Under the pieces are notes generated by a model. It saw only the letters and a list, made by a program, of their open reading frames with translations, was not told where the DNA came from and searched no databases. This document shows, in pieces, positions 1 to 9,798 of a stretch of DNA of 64,000 nucleotides. The position numbers and the translations under genes are program-made. Source of the DNA: a virus (Duplodnaviria > Heunggongvirae > Uroviricota > Caudoviricetes); IMG/VR virus record IMGVR_UViG_3300020721_000006, one strand, 5' to 3'. The first letter of the stretch is position 1; each line of letters begins with the position of its first letter.

Positions 1-76
1 TTCTTACTTAGGTGGTTATAAAGAACCAATTGATATTGAAAAATAGGTAAATACACTATTAGTATTGGAACCTATA

Positions 77-208
77 ATGAAAATAAAAGAAATATTAAGT
101 GAAGCCCCGATTGTTGATTATGAACCATTGGGTAATTTAGAAAACATTTTGGAAATTATGTTTAGCGATGTATTAAATGCTTGTGTTGGCAAAATTTTTG
201 TAATGTAG
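77..208 (+). CDS. short ORF (43 aa) with CTS-like N-terminus MKIKEILSEAP; probable truncated paralog of the protein starting at 1512
   Basis: ATG at 77, TAG at 206-208; N-terminus nearly identical to MKIMEILSEAP of ORF 1512; below ORF-track size cutoff. Confidence 0.25.
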   Translation: MKIKEILSEAPIVDYEPLGNLENILEIMFSDVLNACVGKIFVM

Positions 209-216
209 GATTACCA

Positions 217-1515
217 ATGAAATTAAGAGAATTATTTGAAAGTTCAGTACTACTTGAATACGATAGAAACAAAACCGCATCCGTTTTTGGTAACAAATTA
301 GTTAATGCATTAATTAATGATAATGGTAGAAATAATAAAAATCTAATTGATTTACGTAATGAACTTACATCAGCAGAACAACTACAACCAAATGCGATAT
401 TAAAATCTGCTAATATTATATTAGCATTTATTGAAGATATTGATCCAACTACCCATAAAGAATATACTAGATGGTTATCTACTGTTTATGCCAATCAAGG
501 TATTAAATTTGAAGACCTTAACAGTAAAGGTAAAGATTGGTTGATAACATATACTAACTTAAAAAAGCATCGTATACTACCACCCGAATATAAAGACATT
601 GGAAGAATTACTTTTGATCAATTGGGTGATATTGCATTAAACAAAGAATTCCAAGAAAAGTTATCAGGTGCACAAACACCAACTGATAAAGGTAAATCTA
701 AAGAAATATATAATGATAAACAACTAACAATCATACAACCAGAAGATAAAACAAGTGCTTGTTATTATGGTCAAGGAACCAAATGGTGCACTGCTGCTAC
801 TAATAATAATATGTTTGATCAATATGCTGACGAGGGTCCATTATATATTATTATACCTAAACATCCACAATATGTTGGAGAGAAATACCAGTTACATTTC
901 GAAGCATCACAATTCATGGATGAACGTGATGAAGAAATTGATATTCAAGAATTGTTTTCTAGGTTCCCACAATTAAAAAAAGTGTTTAATCAATACAGAT
1001 ATATATTCAGTGTATATGACTGGTATGGGCACGAATTTATAGGTAAATATCAAAAAGAAAATCTTAGCAAATTTCAAGAAGCTATAAATGAAAAATATAA
1101 AGAACTTGGACAGAAATCAGTTGAAGAACTATTGAATATAACTCCAGAAGTGGTTGCACAAATACCCCATATCGAAACATATATTCATAGGTTATTGACA
1201 GAAGGGTTTTTAGCAAGAAAAATTTCAGCTATTGTTACTAACTTTTCGTTAGTGGCCGACAGCAACAACATGGAACATGCAGTTGATACAATGACACAAC
1301 GTGATGAAAAAATTGAACTTGGACATACCAATGATGATTATGAATTAGAAAAAAGTATATGGACTAACTTTAAAGATAATGTAGCTGCTATGTTATGGGA
1401 TCAATGGCAAGCAATGATTAAATTAAAGGTCCCATCAGTTAGTTTAAAAAATCATCAATTTTCAAAATTATTACTAAAAACAGCATTAGAAGCTATTGAA
1501 GGAATCAAGAAATGA
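217..1515 (+). CDS. hypothetical protein (~432 aa)
   Basis: long ORF; start taken at Met (MKLRELFESS) after upstream short ORF stop; stop overlaps next start as ATGA (1512-1515). Confidence 0.55.
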   Translation: MKLRELFESSVLLEYDRNKTASVFGNKLVNALINDNGRNNKNLIDLRNELTSAEQLQPNAILKSANIILAFIEDIDPTTHKEYTRWLSTVYANQGIKFEDLNSKGKDWLITYTNLKKHRILPPEYKDIGRITFDQLGDIALNKEFQEKLSGAQTPTDKGKSKEIYNDKQLTIIQPEDKTSACYYGQGTKWCTAATNNNMFDQYADEGPLYIIIPKHPQYVGEKYQLHFEASQFMDERDEEIDIQELFSRFPQLKKVFNQYRYIFSVYDWYGHEFIGKYQKENLSKFQEAINEKYKELGQKSVEELLNITPEVVAQIPHIETYIHRLLTEGFLARKISAIVTNFSLVADSNNMEHAVDTMTQRDEKIELGHTNDDYELEKSIWTNFKDNVAAMLWDQWQAMIKLKVPSVSLKNHQFSKLLLKTALEAIEGIKK

Positions 1516-3482
1516 AAATAATGGAAATATTAAGTGAAGCACCACTACCACCTGAATGGGATAAACAAGTTTATACACCAAATACTTCATATAAAAAACG
1601 TATAGAATACGCAGTAGCACGAGCTCAAAAACTTGGTAAAGGTAGCAGTAGAACTGTAGTTGAAATACCATATCAAGGAAGACAAACTGTTCTAAAAGTA
1701 GCACACAATGGTAAAGGCATGGCACAAAATGAAGCCGAAGCTGGAATACTAGATGATTGGTATGTGAAACAAAGTGGCTTAGTCATACCCATTATTGATT
1801 ATGATGAAGACCATTCCCAACCAGTATGGCTACATACCGAAAAAGCAGAAAAAGTAAATGCAAAACAATTGTGTCAACTATTAAGAACCAACGATCTATC
1901 TACACTAATTCGATATGCCAATATGATGGTTGGTAAAATTAGATATGAACAAACTTATATGGATAGAGTTATACAAACTATTACAGAACTATACGGTGAA
2001 GATGGTGCTGAGATATTTTCAGAATATGCTGGTAGTTTGGGTGACCTAGCAACAAATAATGATGTTGATCTTAGAGATTTTAATACACATAAAAATTGGG
2101 GTGTTTATAAAGGTGAGCCAGTTGTAATTGATATTGGTTTTACTAAAGACGTTGCAGCACAATATTATTCAGAAGAAATTGATGAAAGTGAACTAACAGA
2201 ATTATTTGATAATCCATTGCCATTTGAGTGGACAACTAAACTACCAAATGATAGATACGTAGCAAAATTTATGGTAGGGCATCATGAATATAGATTTTCT
2301 GCACATATGTTTCCATATGATGACTTGATGGGTGCTGAAATTGCATTCTGTATGATGGACAACGGTAAGTGTAGAACTGATAATACCGGAACAGGTAATG
2401 CCAACCAGATATATGCTACCGTAATTGAATTGATAAAACAAGTAGCAGATGCTGCAAATTTATCTAGAATAGCATATGATGCTGCTGATGATAAACGTAA
2501 GAGTATATACCCTACCTTAATTAAGAAAGCATTACCAGGATGGGAGTTATCAGAACACGAAGATGACTACTACTATTACGATAAACCAATTAAAGAAGAA
2601 CTTAATGAAGGTATAAGTTCAGTATTATACCATTATACTAGATTACATACTGCTGTTAAAATATTAAATGAAAATCGGTTTATATTGACTTCTAGTATTG
2701 GTAATAGATCTGAAGAAAAATTGATGCCAAAAGGTTACCCATATTACCTAAGCACTACAAGAACAAAAATGGGTGGATATCATCATACACCATATAATGG
2801 TGAGGTTATATTTAATTTAGATGGTGATTGGTATAACAAACGATATAAAGGTAATTCTGTTGATTATTGGGGTGATAGACATAATGACTACGGTAGAGTA
2901 AGTGAAGCTGAAGATAGAATTTTTAGTAAAACACCAACTATTCCAACAACTGGTATTACATCTATTCATGTATACTTAACACTAGATAAACAGTTACAGT
3001 TTTATACTGAAGACGTAAGACTATTATTCAGACTAGCAAAAACAAAAGGTATTCCAATATCATTATATAATGATCCTAAAGCATGGTTATTACAAGATCC
3101 AAAACGTGTTATTAGTATTTCTTCTATATTGTCATCATTAAAAACTAATGATAAAAAACCAAAACCTTATAGAGGTCAAAGTAGATTTCAACCAATGAAA
3201 GAAATACTAGAATTGATATATAAAAATTCTACTAGTCAATTAAGTAAAAATGCTGACAAATTAGTCTACAATCTACGATATTACAATGACACTATAAGTG
3301 GGTTAGAAACTGATATGTTTAATGCACGTAAACCATCGGATAGTGAACGTCCTTTTTTGGATAACTTAATCAAAGCTATGCGTGCTAATGGTTGGAATAC
3401 CACTGCTGATATGGGTAATGCATTAAAAGATAAATGGACAGAAATTCAGAAAAAAGAATATGAAATAAACAAGAAGGTATAA
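1512..3482 (+). CDS. large hypothetical protein (656 aa) with capsid-targeting-sequence-like N-terminus MKIMEILSEAP
   Basis: uninterrupted 1.97 kb ORF, ATGA coupling to upstream gene; no recognisable catalytic motif. Confidence 0.65.
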   Translation: MKIMEILSEAPLPPEWDKQVYTPNTSYKKRIEYAVARAQKLGKGSSRTVVEIPYQGRQTVLKVAHNGKGMAQNEAEAGILDDWYVKQSGLVIPIIDYDEDHSQPVWLHTEKAEKVNAKQLCQLLRTNDLSTLIRYANMMVGKIRYEQTYMDRVIQTITELYGEDGAEIFSEYAGSLGDLATNNDVDLRDFNTHKNWGVYKGEPVVIDIGFTKDVAAQYYSEEIDESELTELFDNPLPFEWTTKLPNDRYVAKFMVGHHEYRFSAHMFPYDDLMGAEIAFCMMDNGKCRTDNTGTGNANQIYATVIELIKQVADAANLSRIAYDAADDKRKSIYPTLIKKALPGWELSEHEDDYYYYDKPIKEELNEGISSVLYHYTRLHTAVKILNENRFILTSSIGNRSEEKLMPKGYPYYLSTTRTKMGGYHHTPYNGEVIFNLDGDWYNKRYKGNSVDYWGDRHNDYGRVSEAEDRIFSKTPTIPTTGITSIHVYLTLDKQLQFYTEDVRLLFRLAKTKGIPISLYNDPKAWLLQDPKRVISISSILSSLKTNDKKPKPYRGQSRFQPMKEILELIYKNSTSQLSKNADKLVYNLRYYNDTISGLETDMFNARKPSDSERPFLDNLIKAMRANGWNTTADMGNALKDKWTEIQKKEYEINKKV

Positions 3483-3503
3483 TGAATAAAATTGAAATCT
3501 ATT

Positions 3504-3560
3504 GATAAATAGATATAGGTCGCGGGATTGCAGTCCCCACCTATTCTAAAGCCTTGGAGG
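3504..3560 (+). promoter_or_regulatory. late-promoter-like GATAAATA box (3504-3511) plus conserved hairpin ATAGGT-CGCGGGATTGCAGTCCCC-ACCTAT (3515-3544) and GGAGG RBS (3556-3560) preceding GIY-YIG gene
   Basis: same architecture found upstream of the other four GIY-YIG genes, with compensatory stem changes. Confidence 0.45.
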
Positions 3561-3568
3561 TCATCAGC

Positions 3569-4237
3569 ATGAATATTTATCAACCTTATACGTATCTATT
3601 AAAATTTAAACCAACTGGGCAAGTTTATTATGGAGTTTCGTATATTAATCATTATAGAGGAAAAGCACATCCATCTCAATTATGGAATACCTACTTTTCA
3701 TCATCTAAATATGTTAAAGAATTAATAAAAATTTATGGACAGGAAATGTTTGATGTGCAAGTTAGAAAAGTATTTGTATGTAGAGAAGATGCAATTAAAT
3801 GGGAACATAAAGTTTTAAAAAATTTGATGCAAAAAACAATCCAATGTGGCTCAATAAAAGTAATGGTGGAAAACAATTTATATCTCAATTTGGTAGAATT
3901 GTCACAGATGAAACCCGAAAGAAAATAGGACTTGCAAATACCGGAAAACTAAACAAAAAGAAGGGAACAACACTTTCAGACGAAACTAGGAAAAAGATGT
4001 CAATAGCATCTACCGGAAGAAAACATTCAGATGAAACAAAGAGAAAGATATCTGAGTTCAATAAAGGAAAACATCAGGGTGATAAAAATCCATTTTATGG
4101 TAAAAAATCATACACCCGAATCAATTGCAAAAATGTCAGAATCTCACAAAGGACACATTCCATGGAATAAAGGAAAGCCTGCACCACTAATTTGTCGTGT
4201 TATAGATAAAAAAGAGATGTCTGTGTTAAAGGTGTAA
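3569..4237 (+). pseudogene. GIY-YIG / NUMOD3 homing endonuclease (Seg/I-TevI-like) split over three frames
   Basis: N-terminal IYQPYTY...YYG nuclease motif; C-terminal repeats of SDETRKKxSxAxTG and NPFYGKK (NUMOD3); needs -1 shift at A AAA AAT (3817-3823) and +1 shift in A6 run (4102-4107); true start ATG 3569 (ORF-track start 3554 is a TTG). Confidence 0.7.
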
Positions 4238-4331
4238 AAGACATCCAGAAAATTAAAAAAATGTCCTCATTGTAATTTTTCAAGTAGAGGGTTACGATGG
4301 GGAAATAACTGTGATAATTGTGTATATAAAA

Positions 4332-4859
4332 ATGGCGAAACTTATGAGTAAAATAGAAAATAGAATAGAAATATATGTAGATTTAGATGAAGTAGTAGCA
4401 AACTTTATGGGATATGCTCGCAAGTTCTTTGACAAACAACTTAAAGACGGTGATAAACTACTAGTGGATGAATGGAACAAATTAAGTAGTAATCCACACC
4501 TATTTAGAGATCTTGAAGTTAAAGATAACGCATACGAATTAATCGATTGGTTGAAAAAGTATCAACAAGAAACTGGATCAGAACTATATTTTCTAACTGC
4601 TATTCCATCAAAGAACACAGTGAAATTTGCTGCACAAGATAAAGTGTATTGGTGTAATAAATATTTTCCAGATATTCCAGTTATAATTGGTCCGTATAGC
4701 CATGATAAACATTTACAATGCAGTGGCAATCATTGTATACTGTTAGATGATAGATTAGATAACTGTACACAATGGCGCGAAGTCGGTGGCCGTGCTCATC
4801 AATATAAAACTTGGGAACAATGTAAAATTTGGTTAGAGCAAGAACTATTGAATAAATAG
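4332..4859 (+). CDS. 5'(3')-deoxyribonucleotidase-like HAD-family phosphatase
   Basis: motif I YVDLDEVVANF (DxDxV) near N-terminus and ILLDDR motif, as in NT5C-type nucleotidases; start could be 4311, 4332 or 4344. Confidence 0.55.
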   Translation: MAKLMSKIENRIEIYVDLDEVVANFMGYARKFFDKQLKDGDKLLVDEWNKLSSNPHLFRDLEVKDNAYELIDWLKKYQQETGSELYFLTAIPSKNTVKFAAQDKVYWCNKYFPDIPVIIGPYSHDKHLQCSGNHCILLDDRLDNCTQWREVGGRAHQYKTWEQCKIWLEQELLNK

Positions 4860-4867
4860 AATTTAAA

Positions 4868-4973
4868 ATTGCTTATTAATTAATTTATATGATAAATAAG
4901 TAATATTAAAGGAATAAAAAATTGCTTATTAATTAATTTATATGATAAATAAGTAATATTAAAGGAATAAAAA
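4868..4973 (+). repeat. perfect 2 x 53-bp tandem duplication carrying late-promoter-like GATAAATA box and AAAGGAATAAAAA RBS immediately upstream of the tail-fibre module
   Basis: copy 1 4868-4920, copy 2 4921-4973, identical; GATAAATA at 4891-4898 and 4944-4951; ATG at 4974. Confidence 0.9.
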
Positions 4974-5210
4974 ATGGCAACACAGATAGGAAATGGAAAC
5001 GTTCTTTTTGGTGATGGTAGTTCACAAACTTCGGCAACACCTACCGGAAATCCAGCAACTGGGCTTGGATTTGTCTATGAAAATTCACAATCTGTAACAC
5101 AAAATTACACAATGACTAGTGGTAAATCAGGTATGTCAACTGGTCCAATTACTTTTGGACCGGGAATAACAGTTACGATTCCTAGTGGCTCAAGATGGAT
5201 AGTATTATAA
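4974..5210 (+). CDS. small fibre-module protein (78 aa), Gly/Ser/Thr-rich
   Basis: ORF directly after late promoter/RBS; motif GNVLFGDGSSQTSATPTG typical of fibre N-termini. Confidence 0.45.
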   Translation: MATQIGNGNVLFGDGSSQTSATPTGNPATGLGFVYENSQSVTQNYTMTSGKSGMSTGPITFGPGITVTIPSGSRWIVL

Positions 5211-5220
5211 AGGATAACAT

Positions 5221-6489
5221 ATGGCAATTATAAACGCAAGTAATACTAGTGGATTAGTTCAAACTGGTGATGCTAGTGGAGTACTTGCCCTTCAAACTGG
5301 CGGAACTACTGCGGTCACTATAGATGCTTCAGGCAACGTGGGGATTGGGACGAGTAGTCCTACACAAAAGCTAGATGTCACAGGAAACATCAACACTTCA
5401 GGTTCATTAAATAGCATCAACACTTTTGGATTCAAAAACAGAATTATCAATGGTGGCATGGCTATAGACCAGCGTAATGCTGGGGCGCAGATAACAGCAG
5501 CTAACTTGGCTCCCAGCGCATACATGGTTGACCGTTGGTCATACTCTGCTTCACAGGCCGCAAAATTTACGGCGCAGCAAAATGCTGGGGCTGTAACAAC
5601 TCCAGTTGGGTTCCCAAATTATCTTGGCATGACAGTTGCTTCGGCATTTACCGTTGGCGCGGGTGATTGGTTTTGTATTGGTCAATCAGTAGAAGGGTTT
5701 AATTTTGCAGACTTGGCATGGGGGACGGCAAGCGCAAAAACCGTAACTCTTTCATTTGTTGTTTATAGCTCTTTAACAGGTACATTCGGGGGCGCACTTC
5801 GCAACAACGCAACGAACCGTTCATATCCATTTACATATTCAATACCGACAGCAAACACTTGGACCACAATATCGGTGACCATTGCTGGCGATACAAGCGG
5901 AACTTGGGTTGGGGCGACAAACGGACTTGGTGTTTCTCTCTTTTTCGGTCTTGGCGTAGGTACTACTTACAGTGGCACGGCAGGAGCTTGGGCGGCAACA
6001 AACTATATATCAGTTACTGGCGCAGTTTCCGTAGTCGGCACATCAGGTGCTACGTTCTACATCACAGGTGTTCAACTTGAGAAAGGATCAACCGCCACGA
6101 GCTTTGACTATAGGCCGTATGGGACTGAGTTGGCGTTGTGTCAGAGATATTTTGAAAAGTCTTTTAATGTAAGTGTAGCCCCCGCCAACGGTACAACGGC
6201 TACGACTTTAATTGATAATGCTGGTTGTTTTGCTAGCATGGCAATAAATGGCCAAGTTGATGGTGGGTTTATATCGTTTAAAGTATCAAAGAGGGCAGTC
6301 CCTACTTTAACTATTTATGGAAATAATAGTGGGTATTGGAACTATTATAGTGGTGGAGCATCTTTATGGGGGGCAAATGCGTATTCCCCTGGTACTTTGG
6401 GTGAAAATGGACATGCTTTTTCGCAACAAGTTGTAAATGCCATAGCTATTGCTGTTAGAGGGCATTGGACTGCTTCAGCGGAGCTATAA
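5221..6489 (+). CDS. tail fibre protein
   Basis: N-terminal [22 protein letters not shown] motif shared with ORFs 6858 and 9798; G/S/T/A-rich beta-rich composition. Confidence 0.7.
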   Translation: MAIINASNTSGLVQTGDASGVLALQTGGTTAVTIDASGNVGIGTSSPTQKLDVTGNINTSGSLNSINTFGFKNRIINGGMAIDQRNAGAQITAANLAPSAYMVDRWSYSASQAAKFTAQQNAGAVTTPVGFPNYLGMTVASAFTVGAGDWFCIGQSVEGFNFADLAWGTASAKTVTLSFVVYSSLTGTFGGALRNNATNRSYPFTYSIPTANTWTTISVTIAGDTSGTWVGATNGLGVSLFFGLGVGTTYSGTAGAWAATNYISVTGAVSVVGTSGATFYITGVQLEKGSTATSFDYRPYGTELALCQRYFEKSFNVSVAPANGTTATTLIDNAGCFASMAINGQVDGGFISFKVSKRAVPTLTIYGNNSGYWNYYSGGASLWGANAYSPGTLGENGHAFSQQVVNAIAIAVRGHWTASAEL

Positions 6490-6492
6490 AAA

Positions 6493-6861
6493 ATGTACAA
6501 ACTAACTAACAACACATCAATAATCCGCATAGAAGATAACGCTTGTATCCCAAACGATCCAACCAACACCGATTACCAAGCCTACCTAGCGTGGCTAGAA
6601 GAGGGCAACACACCCGAACCTGCTGATATACCACCTGTAGTTATACCCAACATCTCAATGCGACAAGCGAGATTAGCACTATTAGCTGATGGCTTACTTG
6701 ATGATATTGAAGCTGCTATGTCTACACCTGAGTATAAAATTTGGTGGGAATATTCAACGGTTGTTGAGCGTAATAATCCGCTTGTTGAGCAAGTGCTAGC
6801 AATCCTCGGCAAAAGTGATGCTGAGATAGATCAAATGTTTATAGGAGCATCACAGTTATGA
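6493..6861 (+). CDS. hypothetical protein in fibre module (122 aa)
   Basis: ORF tightly packed between fibre genes (overlaps next by 4 nt). Confidence 0.45.
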   Translation: MYKLTNNTSIIRIEDNACIPNDPTNTDYQAYLAWLEEGNTPEPADIPPVVIPNISMRQARLALLADGLLDDIEAAMSTPEYKIWWEYSTVVERNNPLVEQVLAILGKSDAEIDQMFIGASQL

Positions 6862-8471
6862 GTTCTATCGTAGTTGCTGGAGATACCAGCGGTTCAATCA
6901 CATTACAAGCGCCTGCAGTAGCAGGGAGTACGGTTTTAACTTTGCCCACAACTTCAGCAACTTTAATCACGGACAGCTCGGGAATATTGAACATAGGCTC
7001 AGGTCAAGTCTATAAAGATGCTTCAGGCAACGTGGGGATTGGGGTTATACCTAGCCCAGCCCAGGGAGGGTTATTACAATTAGGTAACACATCACAATAT
7101 GGTTTTCAAGGGCCAATAGGTTATTTAAACGCAAATATATACTTTGGAACTGGGGCTTTTAGGTACTCAATAACAGGCGCAGCTTCGTCATATCAACAAA
7201 ATTCAGGGTATCATATTTGGAGTTACGCGGCTTCAGGTACAGCCAATGCAGCGGTTTCTTTAACAGAAGCTATGCGCATCGACTCCTCCGGCAACGTGGG
7301 GATTGGGACGAGTAGTCCTAGCACTTACGCTGGAAAAGTAGTTTCTTACAATAATACAAATGGTTTAGCGTCATTTACAGCGTTGTCTGGTTTAGCGGCT
7401 ACCAGTGTTATAGAAATACAAGATGGTGCAGCAACTCCAAACAGATGGTGGTTATTATCTGGATTAGGAACAACAACAGATGGAACTTTTTCTATTTATG
7501 ATAAAAGGCAAAGTGTTTCAAGATTAGCCATCGACTCCAGCGGCAACGTGGGGATTGGGACTACACCATCAGGAACATACAAACTTGAAGTAACAGGAGC
7601 TATAGGTAGTTCAACCACCATAAATGCAACAACCGGATATAAGGTTGCAGGTGCAGCTACATCAGGACAATATCTACGAGGTAATGGCACTAACTTTGTA
7701 TCTTCTGCCATACAAGCAGCTGATGTACCCACACTTAATCAAAATACTACAGGCAATGCCGCCAATGTGACGGGAACTGTTGCCGTAGGTAACGGTGGAA
7801 CTGGGTCAACAACATTGCCCACTAATAACGTGCTACTAGGTAACGGCACATCAGCATTACAAGCGGTCGCCCCAAGTACATCGGGCAACGTATTAACATC
7901 AAATGGGACAACATGGCAATCAATCGCGCCAAGTGGTGGCGGTGGCGGTTTCACCAGTATGGTCGTCTTCACAGCATCAGGTACATGGACTATTCCTGCT
8001 GGCATTACTAAGGCGAAAGTGACTATCCAAGGGGCTGGCGGTGGTGGTGGTGGTGGTTTTGGTTATGAAAACGGCGGCGGCGGCGGTGCGACTATAAAAT
8101 ATGTAACTGGATTGACTCCAGGTGGAACTGTTGTTTGTACGATTGGCGCTGGTGGCTCTGGTGCCGTCGCTTGTGGTGCGAATGGTGGTGCGGGCGGGAC
8201 TACATCTTTTGGCGCTTATTGCTCTGTAACTGGCGGAGGAGCAGGGCTTTCGTCAGGAGTCACAGGGTCAGGAGGCGTAGGAACAGGCGGGAATTGGAAC
8301 CTTACTGGATCAGGTTTATTTTCAGGTTATTATATCAACACACCGCCCTCTTTATCCTATATTTCTGATGGCACTGTGGCACGAGGTAGTGGTGGCGTTG
8401 CTGGTAATTATTGTGGAGTACCTACACCAGCTACTGCTGGAATGTCAGGTTTTATCATGATTGAATATTAA
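6858..8471 (+). CDS. tail fibre protein with four SGNVGIGT repeats and glycine-rich C-terminal region
   Basis: repeats DASGNVGIG / DSSGNVGIG x4; poly-Gly tracts [17 protein letters not shown] near C-terminus. Confidence 0.7.
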   Translation: MSSIVVAGDTSGSITLQAPAVAGSTVLTLPTTSATLITDSSGILNIGSGQVYKDASGNVGIGVIPSPAQGGLLQLGNTSQYGFQGPIGYLNANIYFGTGAFRYSITGAASSYQQNSGYHIWSYAASGTANAAVSLTEAMRIDSSGNVGIGTSSPSTYAGKVVSYNNTNGLASFTALSGLAATSVIEIQDGAATPNRWWLLSGLGTTTDGTFSIYDKRQSVSRLAIDSSGNVGIGTTPSGTYKLEVTGAIGSSTTINATTGYKVAGAATSGQYLRGNGTNFVSSAIQAADVPTLNQNTTGNAANVTGTVAVGNGGTGSTTLPTNNVLLGNGTSALQAVAPSTSGNVLTSNGTTWQSIAPSGGGGGFTSMVVFTASGTWTIPAGITKAKVTIQGAGGGGGGGFGYENGGGGGATIKYVTGLTPGGTVVCTIGAGGSGAVACGANGGAGGTTSFGAYCSVTGGGAGLSSGVTGSGGVGTGGNWNLTGSGLFSGYYINTPPSLSYISDGTVARGSGGVAGNYCGVPTPATAGMSGFIMIEY

Positions 8472-8484
8472 GGAGAAAATATAA

Positions 8485-8736
8485 ATGAAAGCATTAATAA
8501 GCCCTATTGAACCTGTAAACAATTCTGACGGCACAACGGGCTATCGAGTTGCACAAGTTGAAGAAATAACTTTTGATGTAGCTGAACCATTATATTGGCT
8601 TGACTGCGATGCCAACGTGATAGCAGATATTTACTATTTTGATACTACATCTAATAATATATTAATTAAGCCTGTTATTGCTCATACTAATGTATCAAAC
8701 ACACAACCAATATCAACTGGAACACAAGCATTCTAA
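8485..8736 (+). CDS. hypothetical protein (83 aa)
   Basis: RBS AAGGAGAAAAT upstream; TAATG coupling to next gene. Confidence 0.45.
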   Translation: MKALISPIEPVNNSDGTTGYRVAQVEEITFDVAEPLYWLDCDANVIADIYYFDTTSNNILIKPVIAHTNVSNTQPISTGTQAF

Positions 8737-9020
8737 TGGATATTTTGATACTGCCCCCAGCGCATAGCCTAACTTATGACGGTGCAACACTAAACATTTA
8801 TCACGCCAACAAGGGTGAGGGATTGCCGCATCATGTTCACACGTTTAGTCACGCAACCATGTGTCATTCAGGGTCAATCATTGTCCGTAAGGAGGGCAAA
8901 GAAATGATAGTTACTAAAGAAACTCAACCTATAAATCTTACTGCTAATGAATGGCATGAAATTGAAGCATTAGAAGATAATACAGTGTTCTGTAATATGT
9001 TCTCTGAAGGAAAATATTAA
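8736..9020 (+). CDS. small cupin-fold protein
   Basis: His-rich metal-site-like motif GLPHHVHTFSHATMCHSGSII within a ~90 aa beta-rich protein. Confidence 0.4.
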   Translation: MDILILPPAHSLTYDGATLNIYHANKGEGLPHHVHTFSHATMCHSGSIIVRKEGKEMIVTKETQPINLTANEWHEIEALEDNTVFCNMFSEGKY

Positions 9021-9036
9021 GGGCATGGTGATGAGT

Positions 9037-9201
9037 ATGCTAGATAAACTTGAAGCTTCAGCTAGAGCCGCGTCATGTATTTCATATTTAACTAGCGTGG
9101 GGTTAGTGACTGGAAGTCTCTGGGAGTTTTTAAACACTAACGCCGCTGGCTTTGGTGCAGAAAAACTAAAAGAGTTACTTGCTCTTGTGAAGAGTAAATA
9201 A
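9037..9201 (+). CDS. small protein (~54 aa), one hydrophobic segment
   Basis: ORF below track cutoff; stop TAA 9199-9201 overlaps ATG of next gene. Confidence 0.3.
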   Translation: MLDKLEASARAASCISYLTSVGLVTGSLWEFLNTNAAGFGAEKLKELLALVKSK

Positions 9202-9614
9202 TGACTAACGAAAAAATGAAATTAGCTTTTGAGAGAATGGCTGGCATACCTGATGCTTGGACTAACCCAACACTTATGCAATCTCGTAATGGATTTTTTG
9301 CTACATCTGATAAAATATTTAAAGAAAATATTCAAAATATTAACAATGCATTAGAAATTGTTTCTAACATAGGTGGTAAAACATTTGATTGGACCGATGA
9401 CTATATTACCGAAAAAGGCGGTGTAGATGGTTATTTTGTTAATAAATCAGACTTTGGAGTAATAGCGCAAGATGTTCAATCAGTATTTCCACTAGCAGTA
9501 AGAACAAGAACTGATGGAACATTAGCAGTAGATTATATAAAGCTTTGTGCATTAGCATTTGCTGCAATTAGAGAATTAAAAAATGAAGTTGATAATTTAA
9601 GGAAAACAATATGA
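9201..9614 (+). CDS. stand-alone peptidase-S74-like intramolecular chaperone domain protein
   Basis: SDKIFKENIQNI ... GKTFDW ... GVIAQDVQSVFPLAV ... VDYIKL ... ELKNEVDNL pattern matching C-terminal auto-chaperone domain of fibre 9798. Confidence 0.5.
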   Translation: MTNEKMKLAFERMAGIPDAWTNPTLMQSRNGFFATSDKIFKENIQNINNALEIVSNIGGKTFDWTDDYITEKGGVDGYFVNKSDFGVIAQDVQSVFPLAVRTRTDGTLAVDYIKLCALAFAAIRELKNEVDNLRKTI

Positions 9615-9672
9615 TATTAAATGGATCTAATGGAATAAGTGGATTACCAGTCCCATTAGCACTTAGTCAAGG

Positions 9673-9798
9673 TGGAACAGGATGTTGACTATCACTGGTT
9701 GGAGCAAAACTGAAGCAAGATTAGTAAAAGCAATCCAAGAACTCAAAGCCATCATCGACACGCAAAACGCTCGTATAGAAGCACTGGAGGCTAAATAA
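9673..9798 (+). CDS. small coiled-coil protein (41 aa)
   Basis: ORF with TAATG overlap to fibre gene 9798; heptad-like KAIQELKAIIDTQNARIEALEAK. Confidence 0.3.
   Translation, partial: WNRMLTITGWSKTEARLVKAIQELKAIIDTQNARIEALEAK

Noticed and set aside
8037-8300. Poly-glycine stretch looked collagen-like
   Set aside because: No G-X-Y periodicity; it is a glycine-rich fibre tip domain.
5292-8368. Antisense/alternate-frame ORFs inside fibre genes (5292-5525, 5859-6080, 6345-6569, 6582-6812, 7496-7732, 7739-8005, 8135-8368)
   Set aside because: Embedded in GC-richer, low-stop-density coding sequence of larger genes; Pro/Val/Arg-rich nonsense composition; no start signals.
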